The notes under the pieces were generated by a model. It was not told the origin of the DNA, searched no databases, and saw nothing but the letters and a program-made list of their open reading frames with translations. From the IMG/VR virus record IMGVR_UViG_3300049914_000058, positions 1-54,032 of that record: a stretch of 54,032 nucleotides of DNA, one strand, 5' to 3'. Origin of the DNA: a virus (Duplodnaviria; Caudoviricetes). The stretch's first letter is position 1, and every line of letters starts with the position of its first letter. Both the position numbers and the translations under genes were made by a program. Of the stretch, positions 46,227-54,032 are shown piece by piece.

Positions 46227-46903
46227 GTAAAGAGCCTATGCACTTTGATTTGGTTCCGGCAGATTTTACCGGCGATATTGACTTCCAGATGATGACTGCC
46301 GAGCAACGGGGAATATACTGCACTGTCATTTTTTATATGTATCAGAACCGAGGCTATTGCAACCTTGATAGGGTAGCTATAGCCACCCTATGTAGGTGCA
46401 ATGGAAGTGCCGAAAACTTTGAAAACATTTGGCCTTGTGTTGAAAAAAAGTTTTTAAAAACTCAAAAAGGTTTGACGCACTCAAGAGTTCAAAAAGAATA
46501 TACACAAGCAAAACGGCGTATGCAAGTGGCTGTAAATGCTGGAATTAAAGGGGCAAAAGAAAGATGGGGTAGCCATAGCGACCCTAATGGGGAGCCTGTA
46601 GCTAAACAAAGTAAAGTAAAGGTAAGTAAAGTAAAGGTAAGTAAAGTATTCATTGCGCCTACTATTGAACAAATAAAAAACTATATCAAACAGAACAACT
46701 ACGACGTGGATGCAGAGAAGTTTTTAAAGTATTTCACCGAAAGCAACTGGGTAGATTCTAAAGGTAATAAGGTTAAAAACTGGAAACAAAAAATTATTAC
46801 TTGGAGTGGTAATCATGCAGGCAATAGAAAAAATGCAAACACCAGTGAATCTCGGCGAAGTTCTTTTGCCGAGCAAGAGTCAAGTGTCGGCAAGACAATC
46901 TAA
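46223..46903 (+). CDS. Replication initiator (YdaU/DUF1376-like N-terminus)
   Basis: 'DF..D...MTAEQRG-x-Y', and C-terminal 'F-x-x-PT-x-EQ...D-x-EKF-x-x-YF...W......VKNWK....TW'; upstream of a DnaC-like gene. Confidence 0.8.
   Translation: MSKEPMHFDLVPADFTGDIDFQMMTAEQRGIYCTVIFYMYQNRGYCNLDRVAIATLCRCNGSAENFENIWPCVEKKFLKTQKGLTHSRVQKEYTQAKRRMQVAVNAGIKGAKERWGSHSDPNGEPVAKQSKVKVSKVKVSKVFIAPTIEQIKNYIKQNNYDVDAEKFLKYFTESNWVDSKGNKVKNWKQKIITWSGNHAGNRKNANTSESRRSSFAEQESSVGKTI
46368..46650. promoter_or_regulatory. Putative replication origin (iterons plus A-rich repeats) inside the initiator gene
   Basis: Near-palindrome ATAGGGTAGCTATAGCCACCCTAT (46368-46391), related copy at 46564-46588, half copy to 46602, then AAGTAAAGTAAAGGT repeats. 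Confidence 0.55.
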
Positions 46904-47543
46904 TTTTATTTGTGAGATATGTAAAATCAGATTTGCCGATGGTCTGCTTGGTAAAATTTGTTTAGTTTGCCAGCATAAAATCTCTTTTGAAAAACTACCA
47001 CCAGAAGAACAAAAAAAACAACTTTTGGTGATTGTGCCGGAAAGATATATCAATGCTGAGATTAAAGATTTAAAACCTGACCTGCAAAAAGCATTTGCGG
47101 CAGAAAACGACACAGGCATTTTACTTTGGGGTGAGCCAGGCAGAGGCAAAACTTATGCGATGTGTGCTTTGGTTAAAAAGTATATGGCCGATGGATTCCT
47201 TGTCCGGCGTGTTCATTACGAAGAACTTTGTTTCCGATTACGGGACACTTTTAATCCTAAAGCGACACAAACTGAATGGGGTATTATCGAACCGCTTTTA
47301 AACTGCGACAAGTTATTTATCGAAGATGTCGGCACAAGCAAGAGTCTTGGCAGTCAAGAATCAGATTTTAGTCTTCGGACATTTATTGTTTTGCTGGATA
47401 TGCGACTTGAAAGATTAAGACCGACGTTTATTACGACCAACAAAAGCGTGGAAAACTTAGGTAAGAGCTTTGACGATAGGGTCGGCGACAGGTTGAGAAT
47501 GTTTCAGGTGTTTAAGATGAGCGGAGATAGTTTGAGAAAATAA
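46815..47543 (+). CDS. DnaC/IstB-like AAA+ helicase loader
   Basis: Zn-finger CEIC...CLVC, VPERY, Walker A GEPGRGKT, Walker B LFIEDVG, PTFITTN, DRL. Confidence 0.88.
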   Translation: MQAIEKMQTPVNLGEVLLPSKSQVSARQSNFICEICKIRFADGLLGKICLVCQHKISFEKLPPEEQKKQLLVIVPERYINAEIKDLKPDLQKAFAAENDTGILLWGEPGRGKTYAMCALVKKYMADGFLVRRVHYEELCFRLRDTFNPKATQTEWGIIEPLLNCDKLFIEDVGTSKSLGSQESDFSLRTFIVLLDMRLERLRPTFITTNKSVENLGKSFDDRVGDRLRMFQVFKMSGDSLRK

Positions 47544-47938
47544 TGGAAACGGTTGAATTTTTAAAAAATCTGACTTATGCCCAATACTTAGAAACAAAAT
47601 GGTGGCAGTTTACAAGGCAACGGCGATTGGAGTTTGATAAATATAAATGTTGCAAATGTCAAACTTCGCACGAATTAGAAGCCCATCATTTAACCTATGA
47701 AAGATTGGGCGATGAAAATGTCAAGACAGATTTGATTACATTGTGCGATAGATGTCATAATGACACGCATTATTTTGAAGAACTTAAAAAATCTACCGCA
47801 ACGGAAATTATGATAAAGCGTCAATTGCCGATAACACGGCAAGATTATGAATATGTCAAAACAATAGTCAAAGGCGGACTTTCGATAATAAAATTTAACG
47901 GTGAAGATATGCGATTAAAGCAGAAAGCCACAAGATGA
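47543..47938 (+). CDS. HNH endonuclease (McrA-type)
   Basis: Y-x-x-YL-x-T-x-x-W...D-x-YKC-x-x-C...L-x-x-HH-x-TY...DLITLC-x-x-CH. Confidence 0.85.
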   Translation: METVEFLKNLTYAQYLETKWWQFTRQRRLEFDKYKCCKCQTSHELEAHHLTYERLGDENVKTDLITLCDRCHNDTHYFEELKKSTATEIMIKRQLPITRQDYEYVKTIVKGGLSIIKFNGEDMRLKQKATR

Positions 47939-47954
47939 AAATAAGGAATAGGGA

Positions 47955-48206
47955 ATGAGAAAAGACAAAACGGTAAAATTTCTTAATAATTACGAGAAAT
48001 ACAGAAACGCAATCCGCGACCTTATTCTTGGAAATGTGAATATATCAGTTCGAGAGGGCGAGCGTGAACTCTGGAATTGCAATACCGGCGAATGGAAGGA
48101 TAAAAAATTTCAACATTTTAAGGTCGTGCAAGAATTTAATGTAGAAACATTTTTGGCCGACTTATTACCATTACTTAACAAAATCTCGGAGATACTTGAA
48201 AAATGA
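47955..48206 (+). CDS. Hypothetical protein
   Basis: RBS plus 83-aa ORF. Confidence 0.55.
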   Translation: MRKDKTVKFLNNYEKYRNAIRDLILGNVNISVREGERELWNCNTGEWKDKKFQHFKVVQEFNVETFLADLLPLLNKISEILEK

Positions 48207-48615
48207 AAGCGATATTAGAAAAAGTGGACTTCAACAAAGTACTGCAAAACCTCATTTGCGATAACTGTGAGAGAGGCAAAAAATGAGTAAGATAAAATTA
48301 AGAATTTATTGGGCAGGATTTTCTGATGGAAAATTTCACCGATGGCCTGATGGCGAATTAAACATTTATAGTTCAAGAAAAAAAGCCCGAAGATGCTATC
48401 AAGATGTTCGGCCCGTAAAGATTATTGAGGTGAAAAAATGAAAAAGATTTTAAAATCTGAAATTAAATTATTAGCAAAGTGGTCTGCCGAAGCGAGGTAT
48501 TGTCTTAAAACGGCCCTGGATACGGAGAAACCAGAACGAAAGCGAATGGTTGCCTCTTTGATGTGTGATAAATTTTTACGCTCAATTCAGATGTTTGCAG
48601 AGGAGAACAGTTAAA

Positions 48616-49065
48616 ATGAAACTGCCTGACCACGCTAAAATGCCGGATATGCGAATACGAAAAAAGTATGGCAATCAATTAACGCACGCCACTGTTGGTG
48701 GCAAGGAATATGACTTTAGAAGCAAAGCCGAATTGAAACTTGCGAAATTTTTACAGCTTTTAAAAGAGATGAAATATCACAAGGACTGGTCTTATGAGAG
48801 TATGAATTTTAAGTTTCCTGATAGTTCTTGGCTCATAGATTTTACCGTCCGAAACAATGATGATACTTTTGAACATTATGAATATAAAGGTTACGTTGAA
48901 CAGAATACCAGAAAAAAATTACAGTTATTAAATAAGTATTTTCCGCAAGCCCAGGTAACAATGGTCTTTGCAAGTAAAAAGCAACTAAAACGGCTCGGCG
49001 CAAGAGCGATAAGTTTTTGTAAAAGAGTATGTTTATTATCAGAACTTACTCACGGTATAATTTAA
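48616..49065 (+). CDS. PD-(D/E)XK endonuclease (DUF1064-like, possible resolvase)
   Basis: KYGN...FRSK-x-E...W-x-YE...DF-x-V...E-x-KG. Confidence 0.75.
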   Translation: MKLPDHAKMPDMRIRKKYGNQLTHATVGGKEYDFRSKAELKLAKFLQLLKEMKYHKDWSYESMNFKFPDSSWLIDFTVRNNDDTFEHYEYKGYVEQNTRKKLQLLNKYFPQAQVTMVFASKKQLKRLGARAISFCKRVCLLSELTHGII

Positions 49066-49092
49066 AACTCTAATTTAGAAAGGTGATTTATT

Positions 49093-49359
49093 ATGAAAAA
49101 GTTAATTATAATTTTGTTTGTATTGTTTCTGATTGGTTGCGAAGACGAGCAACAACAGGCTAATTTTATCAACAACAACGAGGTGAATAACACAGATAAT
49201 GAAATGAGTTATTTAGTAACCCCTATTTGGACGCAGACTCCTGAGATAATAGCCAAAAAAGCGGAATTAAAAAAGCAAGGGGTGAAGCGCTACAGAATAT
49301 ACAAAGATGGAACAGTCGTAACCGCAGATGTAAATACTCGCCGAGGATTAAACAAGTGA
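49093..49359 (+). CDS. Lipoprotein
   Basis: MKKLIIILFVLFLIG-C. Confidence 0.7.
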   Translation: MKKLIIILFVLFLIGCEDEQQQANFINNNEVNNTDNEMSYLVTPIWTQTPEIIAKKAELKKQGVKRYRIYKDGTVVTADVNTRRGLNK

Positions 49360-49892
49360 GTTGGGCCAAAAGACTTGGTGTAATAAAAGTACGGAGTAAC
49401 TATTGGTCTGATGGCCATAGGCACATATTGTACTACTGCGCAAAGAGTATCATTCGACAGTTTCCCTTTGTTATGGAAATAAATGAACTGGTTAATGAGG
49501 CTTGGTTGCATTATATGAGATACAGAGAAGAAACGCAACCAATAGACATTAAACGATGCAAAAGTATTATGTTCAGGTATGTAAAGTCGCATCTTGAACA
49601 CGGAGAAGCATCTTTAGACTCTTTAATAGCAGAAATGAAAGTAGCAAGGTTTAATGAAGATTGTAGTGGGGAAACACCAGAGTTGGCCGTCGAGGAATTT
49701 GACAACTTTCAGGAATTATACGATTACTGTTTTAATTTCGCACCAGCGGTCAAACATTACAGGGAAATCTTTGAACTGAAATTTAAAGACCTGAAAAGTG
49801 ACCGTCGAATAAGTAAAGAAGTCGGCATGGCAAGAGAAACCGTAGCGGCTGAACTTCAAGGTCTGATGACAGAAATAGGAAAAGCGGGATAA
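49356..49892 (+). CDS. Sigma70/ECF-like transcription factor
   Basis: Region-2-like 'E-x-NELVNEAWL' and C-terminal HTH 'IFELKF...S-x-RRISKEVGMARETV'. Confidence 0.6.
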   Translation: MSWAKRLGVIKVRSNYWSDGHRHILYYCAKSIIRQFPFVMEINELVNEAWLHYMRYREETQPIDIKRCKSIMFRYVKSHLEHGEASLDSLIAEMKVARFNEDCSGETPELAVEEFDNFQELYDYCFNFAPAVKHYREIFELKFKDLKSDRRISKEVGMARETVAAELQGLMTEIGKAG

Positions 49893-49913
49893 CTAAATTT
49901 GAAAGGTGATTTT

Positions 49914-50090
49914 ATGGAGATAAAAAGTACAATGCCGTTAGGTGATTGGAAGATATTGAAAGGACAGTTGGACGACAACAAATGGCCGGAATGTGATTTG
50001 CGCAGAAAAATATGCGATATAATTTATGTGTTAGCTAAAACTTTCACACCAGATCTGTATTATTCAGGGGAAGAAAGGACTAATTTATGA
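49914..50090 (+). CDS. Hypothetical protein
   Basis: AAAGGTG RBS before MEIKST. Confidence 0.5.
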   Translation: MEIKSTMPLGDWKILKGQLDDNKWPECDLRRKICDIIYVLAKTFTPDLYYSGEERTNL

Positions 50091-50521
50091 AAAGTGCAGC
50101 GATTTTAACGATTGAAGATGCAGGTAAAATGACAACAGCAGAGAAAAAGAGAATAGCATATTGGCTTCGTCAACAGGCAAAAGGGTTGATTAAGGACGGA
50201 CACCTTTACGCAAAGAAAACAACGATAAGATATTTATATTGTCTTGTAATGTTGGTTATGTTGTTTGTGGCTGGGTGTGTAAGTGCCTATTACGGCCACA
50301 AGATGAAATATGTAATAGTTAATAACAAACCTGTTTTATTGAGCGATGAAAAAGTTATCAAGTATTCTTCCTGCAACGTAAACATTCAAGGCACTGGACT
50401 GGACATATCTTCTCCGAATGATGTAAAAATTACAATGAAAAGCAGAGATATGGTTGCGGACCCGAATTCGGGTTATGCTGAAGCAGAGATGATAAAAGGA
50501 TTCTTCTGGCCTATGCCGTAA
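50087..50521 (+). CDS. Hypothetical protein with an internal lipobox-like segment
   Basis: ~50-aa basic N-domain followed by CLVMLVMLFVAG-C. Confidence 0.6.
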   Translation: MKSAAILTIEDAGKMTTAEKKRIAYWLRQQAKGLIKDGHLYAKKTTIRYLYCLVMLVMLFVAGCVSAYYGHKMKYVIVNNKPVLLSDEKVIKYSSCNVNIQGTGLDISSPNDVKITMKSRDMVADPNSGYAEAEMIKGFFWPMP

Positions 50522-50528
50522 GGAAAAA

Positions 50529-51023
50529 ATGACTGAATACGATTTGCAATATGTGATTATACAAAATTGGCATACTACCAATAATTTGCTTGTACCCAAT
50601 ATCGAAGGCGGCTATGGCGAAATGGATGTATTACGACTAACGAAATCTGGCTATGCTTATGAGTATGAAGTGAAAATATCTAATGCCGATTTTAATGCAG
50701 ACAAGAAAAAAGAAGTAAAACATAGGTCATACCAAACGGTTTTTGAAAATAAACCACTCCTTAATTATTTTGGTCAGCCGAAAAGTAAAAAAGGAATACC
50801 GAATTATTTTATATATGTTGCACCGAAAGGGGTCTTGTTGGCTGATAAAATACCAAAATATGCAGGGTTTTACGAGGTGGGTGATGGTCATATTCGTTGT
50901 ACCATCGACGCACCAAAAATCCATAGTGAAAAATTTCAAGATTACTGGAAGGCAAAAGTGCTTTATTCGCTACATACCAAATATCTTTATCATTATTGGT
51001 TTAAACTTAAACCTGTGCCGTAA
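50529..51023 (+). CDS. PD-(D/E)XK nuclease-fold protein (MmcB-like)
   Basis: E-x-DVL-x-LTKSGY-x-YEYEVKIS-x-ADF-x-AD-x-KK; PNYF-x-YV-x-P; P-x-YAG. Confidence 0.75.
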   Translation: MTEYDLQYVIIQNWHTTNNLLVPNIEGGYGEMDVLRLTKSGYAYEYEVKISNADFNADKKKEVKHRSYQTVFENKPLLNYFGQPKSKKGIPNYFIYVAPKGVLLADKIPKYAGFYEVGDGHIRCTIDAPKIHSEKFQDYWKAKVLYSLHTKYLYHYWFKLKPVP

Positions 51024-51034
51024 GGAGTAGAAAA

Positions 51035-51613
51035 ATGGAAATATGGACACAAAAGGATGTAGACGCTGTAAAGCCAGATAGTGTTGGCGTTAGACATTAT
51101 CCAGCAGATAGCAGCTTTGCGAAGTGGTGCAGCTTTGCGAAGGGGTGTAGCTTTGCGGAGTGGTGCAGCTTTGCGGAGTGGTGCAGCTTTGCGGAGGGGT
51201 GCAGCTTTGCGGAGGGGTGCAGCTTTGCGGAGTGGTGCAGCTTTGCGGAGGGGTGCAGCTTTGCGGAGTGGTGCAGCTTTGCGAAGGGGTGCAGCTTTGC
51301 GGAGTGGTGCAGCTTTGCGAAGGGGTGCAGCTTTGCGGAGTGGTGCAACTTTAAGGAGAGGTGTGAAGCCATTTCTCCATTTTGGAGTTTTGTTTATGAA
51401 CCATCTTTCAAAACGAAAGGTATGATATTACCTCCGCGTGCCTGTCGTGAATTCTGGCAGGAAAAACTTGCGAAATTTAACCTTGATATCATAACGGATA
51501 ATCCTTGTTATGAAGAAATAGCTTCAATAATAAAACCGAAGTTGGCAGAAATTCTTAAAGATAAAAACTGGACAAAATGTGAAAGAAGAATCCTCGAAAG
51601 CTGGAGTAAATAA
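51035..51613 (+). CDS. Hexapeptide-repeat (left-handed beta-helix-like) protein
   Basis: AAGGAG RBS; CSFA(E/K)(W/G) x13 plus one degenerate unit. Confidence 0.8.
   Translation: MEIWTQKDVDAVKPDSVGVRHYPADSSFAKWCSFAKGCSFAEWCSFAEWCSFAEGCSFAEGCSFAEWCSFAEGCSFAEWCSFAKGCSFAEWCSFAKGCSFAEWCNFKERCEAISPFWSFVYEPSFKTKGMILPPRACREFWQEKLAKFNLDIITDNPCYEEIASIIKPKLAEILKDKNWTKCERRILESWSK
51110..51361 (+). repeat. 18-bp coding tandem repeat, ~14 units
   Basis: Consensus TGCAGCTTTGCGRAGKGG. Confidence 0.95.
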
Positions 51614-51614
51614 A

Positions 51615-51788
51615 ATGAAAGCTAAAAAGAAAGCTAAATTTGTAATCTGCCCCGTGGCTCGGTTTTGCAAAGTCTGCGACAGCGGCCACAAAAAGCCTCA
51701 CAAGAAAGAGTGGGGTTGTATTATGACTAATTGCGGTAAAAATTTGCAACATATAAGATGTATTCCATATAAAGGGAGGAATAAATGA
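51615..51788 (+). CDS. Small Cys/His-rich basic protein
   Basis: ICP...C..C..H.KPH...C...C...CIPY. Confidence 0.55.
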   Translation: MKAKKKAKFVICPVARFCKVCDSGHKKPHKKEWGCIMTNCGKNLQHIRCIPYKGRNK

Positions 51789-52294
51789 GTAATTGTATTT
51801 TGTGGAGTTACGATGCCAGGCAGGCGGCAAAGTACGGTAAACCTTTAACGCCCGAAGAATGGATTATCTTGAGAGTATCAGACCCGTTAATACACGATGA
51901 ATTTCAGTTTTCGGAAAGATATAATAAGATTAGTTTTTCTTCTACTTTGAGGGATGGGGCAAAAGGCTGCCGATTCAAACTGATTGACTATACTATCCAC
52001 CCCGAAAGATGGTTGCCTTTGATTTTGCCAATGACAGACGATGAAGAAGACAGAGCATATATAGAGGCAGAGAGGATTGAAGGCAGACCTTACGATTTTA
52101 TTGGGCTTGGTTCATTGTCTGATTTGCCTATTACATTGCCGCCAGCCAAAAATGGTTATTGGTGTTCAGAAAGTTTAGGCACAGTTATTAAGGCGGCGTA
52201 TCAATGGGGTTATAGTTTCAGACCTGACCATTATCATCCCGTTAGTTTATACTTTGCAACGGTTCGTTATCAATTGGGAATAAATAATTTTTAG
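51785..52294 (+). CDS. Permuted papain-like (NlpC/P60, YiiX/YaeF-like) amidase
   Basis: His in 'LIHDEFQF' precedes 'G-x-PYDF' and catalytic 'YWCSE', with late 'HP-x-x-L'. Confidence 0.7.
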   Translation: MSNCILWSYDARQAAKYGKPLTPEEWIILRVSDPLIHDEFQFSERYNKISFSSTLRDGAKGCRFKLIDYTIHPERWLPLILPMTDDEEDRAYIEAERIEGRPYDFIGLGSLSDLPITLPPAKNGYWCSESLGTVIKAAYQWGYSFRPDHYHPVSLYFATVRYQLGINNF

Positions 52295-52551
52295 AAAGGA
52301 AAATGATTATGGCAATAAAATTACCGAAGCAAGTTTTTATAATTTGGGAAGAAAATGCAGATAAACCTTTTCTTTCACCTGCGACAAATATCAATGACTT
52401 GAAATGCCCCGATTCAGAAGTTGGTATCTATGAATTGAAGAAGATTCGCCGGTTTAAACTAATTGAAGTTAAATAAGTTTTGGTTTGGTTGGCGGACGGC
52501 AGATTTTAAATGGTATGGCCATCCCATAGGGACTGAAAGGTGGTGATGTGT

Positions 52552-52647
52552 ATGCAAGACCGTTGCAACTGTAAGGATGGAACCTTCACCGGATGTAAAC
52601 CGCCGTGTCCAGTTCACGGAGTTTGGCAACCTATGCCGGTGGGATAG
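52552..52647 (+). CDS. 31-aa Cys-rich peptide (missing from the ORF track)
   Basis: GAAAGGTGGTG RBS; MQDRCNCKDGTFTGCKPPCPVHGVWQPMPVG with C-x-C...CPVHG. Confidence 0.55.
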   Translation: MQDRCNCKDGTFTGCKPPCPVHGVWQPMPVG

Positions 52648-52687
52648 CGCATACCGGCTTGAATCAATAACGCTGAAAGGGTGAAAA

Positions 52688-52870
52688 ATGAGTAGAACCT
52701 GCAATCAGTGTTCAAAAGAAATGACTTATCTATTTATCACAAGAGAAAAACCAATAGCCCAAACATTTTGTTTTTGCGTCAACCCTGTTTGCCCCAATTA
52801 TGCTCTTGTGCAAATTCCGTTAGAAGAAATGCTGAAGAAAAACCGGAGGTTAAAAAATGACAGCGATTGA
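52688..52870 (+). CDS. Small Zn-finger protein
   Basis: CNQC...C-x-NP-x-CPNY. Confidence 0.6.
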   Translation: MSRTCNQCSKEMTYLFITREKPIAQTFCFCVNPVCPNYALVQIPLEEMLKKNRRLKNDSD

Positions 52871-53324
52871 AAAAATAAAAGAGATACTTACATGCCCTCG
52901 ATTCAAAAATCGTCCTGAATTCATAAGTTCGGATTTTACACAAGAACTTAGAGCTACAATGTCCATGGACGATTGGGATTGGCTCGTTGGTTCTTTATAC
53001 GAAGTCCTTGCTTCTCTTGAGGCCGAGCAAAAGCCTGTCTGCAAAAAGTGCGGAGGAAATGGACGATTAGATTTGTCCTGCACTTCAGAAGGTGTTGGTC
53101 GAACCGTTCCTTGTCCAGACTGCCAGAAACCAGAGTTTGAAGGTGAACACATCGCCAATGCGATGTTTGGTACTACTATTAACTCGCAGGAGGAGCAATT
53201 AAATGCTCTTGCTGATAGGCGGAAAAGAGATATTGCAACTATGAAATTACAGGCCGAGCAGATTGCCAAGTTGCAAGCAGAAATAAAAATCCTGTTATAC
53301 AATGAAAATGCAGGTGAAAAATGA
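52857..53324 (+). CDS. Hypothetical protein with DnaJ-like Zn finger and coiled coil
   Basis: CKKCGGNG...PCPDC; GGAGG RBS. Confidence 0.65.
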   Translation: MTAIEKIKEILTCPRFKNRPEFISSDFTQELRATMSMDDWDWLVGSLYEVLASLEAEQKPVCKKCGGNGRLDLSCTSEGVGRTVPCPDCQKPEFEGEHIANAMFGTTINSQEEQLNALADRRKRDIATMKLQAEQIAKLQAEIKILLYNENAGEK

Positions 53325-53491
53325 ACCCATCGCCTGAGAATCCGGAAGGGATTAAGTGTCCGAAGTGTAAGGGGGATAAGTCTGCTGTATATTGCACTGT
53401 CAAAAGTATGGATAAAATAGTGCGGCATCGCAAATGCTTAAATTGCAGAAAGATGTTTTCAACAATAGAAAAATTAGCGGGTCAAACCTAA
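53321..53491 (+). CDS. NrdR-N-like zinc-ribbon protein, 56 aa (missing from the ORF track)
   Basis: KCPKC...S-x-V-x-x-T......RHRKCLNC-x-x-x-FSTIE; ATGA-coupled; its stop overlaps the IS target duplication. Confidence 0.7.
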   Translation: MNPSPENPEGIKCPKCKGDKSAVYCTVKSMDKIVRHRKCLNCRKMFSTIEKLAGQT

Positions 53492-53730
53492 AAAATATGT
53501 AACAAATCATTTGACGCACCATAATTTTGTTTATTTTCTTGATTTTGGACTAAAATACCCATATATTTAACTCCTGAAATAATAACGAGTTATAACAATT
53601 ATTAAAAACGAATATAAAATTGCGAACTTTGCACTTGACACACCGTATATAATAATAGATAAGGAGTAATTAACAAGTTAATAACAAATTTTGAAACGCC
53701 CGAAAGGGCAAAAATTGAAAGGGTAAAAAA

Positions 53731-54032
53731 ATGGAAGCAACAATTCAAATTAAGACGAATCGTATTTATTTTGAGCAATTTGAAGCTCCGTGCGGTGAGC
53801 CGGAAGTAACTGAAATCAAGCAGGCTTGGGCGGCTGCAATTTATGAGGTAATTGAAAAGGCCGGTTTTGTGGCAGAAACTAAAATCGGCGTAGGATTTGA
53901 CCCCGCTGTGCAAAAAATAGTTGTTACCGATTTTTCTGGTGAGTGCGATTGCGAAAAATTGGACAAAGATTGCGAGTGCGGCCATAAGCCAGAACTGCAA
54001 GCCTTTGCAGAACTTTGTGAGAAATATGGCAA
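53731..54032 (+). CDS. 5' part of the IS passenger protein (continues to position 283)
   Basis: GAAAGGGT RBS; MEATIQIKTNRIYFEQFEAPCGEPEVTEIKQAWAAAIYEVIEKAGFVAE... Confidence 0.7.
   Translation, partial: MEATIQIKTNRIYFEQFEAPCGEPEVTEIKQAWAAAIYEVIEKAGFVAETKIGVGFDPAVQKIVVTDFSGECDCEKLDKDCECGHKPELQAFAELCEKYG
53841..54032. repeat. Terminal direct repeat / circular overlap, right copy
   Basis: 191/192 identical to 1-192. Confidence 0.95.

Larger units (their letters stand above)
53498..54032 (+). mobile_element. Non-autonomous IS1595-family element, left part
   Basis: Left TIR TGTAACAAATCATTTGACGCACCA at 53498-53521, preceded by TSD AAAAAATA. Confidence 0.85.

Noticed and set aside
46471-46480. 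TTTGACGCAC partial match to the IS TIR core
   Set aside because: Only 10 nt, inside the initiator coding sequence, and the flanks do not match.
51081-51425. Overlapping ORFs SGAALR..., VQLCG... and AKLH...
   Set aside because: Shadow frames of the 18-bp repeat without their own RBS or flanking domains.
52490-52680. Hairpin-rich stretch as a ncRNA or riboswitch
   Set aside because: Better explained by a 31-aa C-x-C...CPVHG peptide gene with a strong RBS plus a downstream hairpin; the other stems are short.
53582-53690. Promoter and TAACRAGTTA palindromes inside the IS left end
   Set aside because: TTGACA and TATAAT are present but not at workable spacing, and short AT-rich palindromes could be chance; not called.

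Overview
The window looks like a complete, circularly permuted tailed-phage genome of about 53,840 bp. Its ends share a 192-bp overlap with one mismatch, and essentially all genes lie on the + strand. The architecture is podovirus-like: small terminase, large terminase split by an Ala-starting (class 3) LAGLIDADG intein, P22-like portal, scaffold, N4-gp56-like major capsid, head-tail adaptor, tail and fibre proteins, then DNA-ejection proteins. An early/replication arm follows, with an RHH regulator, SbcC-like ATPase, RecT, MBL-fold hydrolase, C5 methylase, initiator, DnaC-like loader, nucleases and a sigma-like protein. I saw no integrase, CI-type repressor, tRNA, CRISPR array or reverse transcriptase. 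A non-autonomous 1,205-bp IS1595-family element with 24-bp TIRs and an 8-bp TSD spans the window ends. The most unusual signals are: (i) five tandem H-type RNA pseudoknots, with internal compensatory base changes, in front of the scaffold gene; (ii) two HNH-AP2 genes with unrelated leader sequences but the same design (promoter, start codon at +1, terminator, anti-start-codon strand); (iii) Sec/lipoprotein signal peptides and D/E-x-N motifs on many proteins, including tail-fibre-like genes of the virion module; and (iv) an array of stem-closed ncRNA-like cassettes with conserved junctions. Product calls come from motif recognition by eye, not from database searches.
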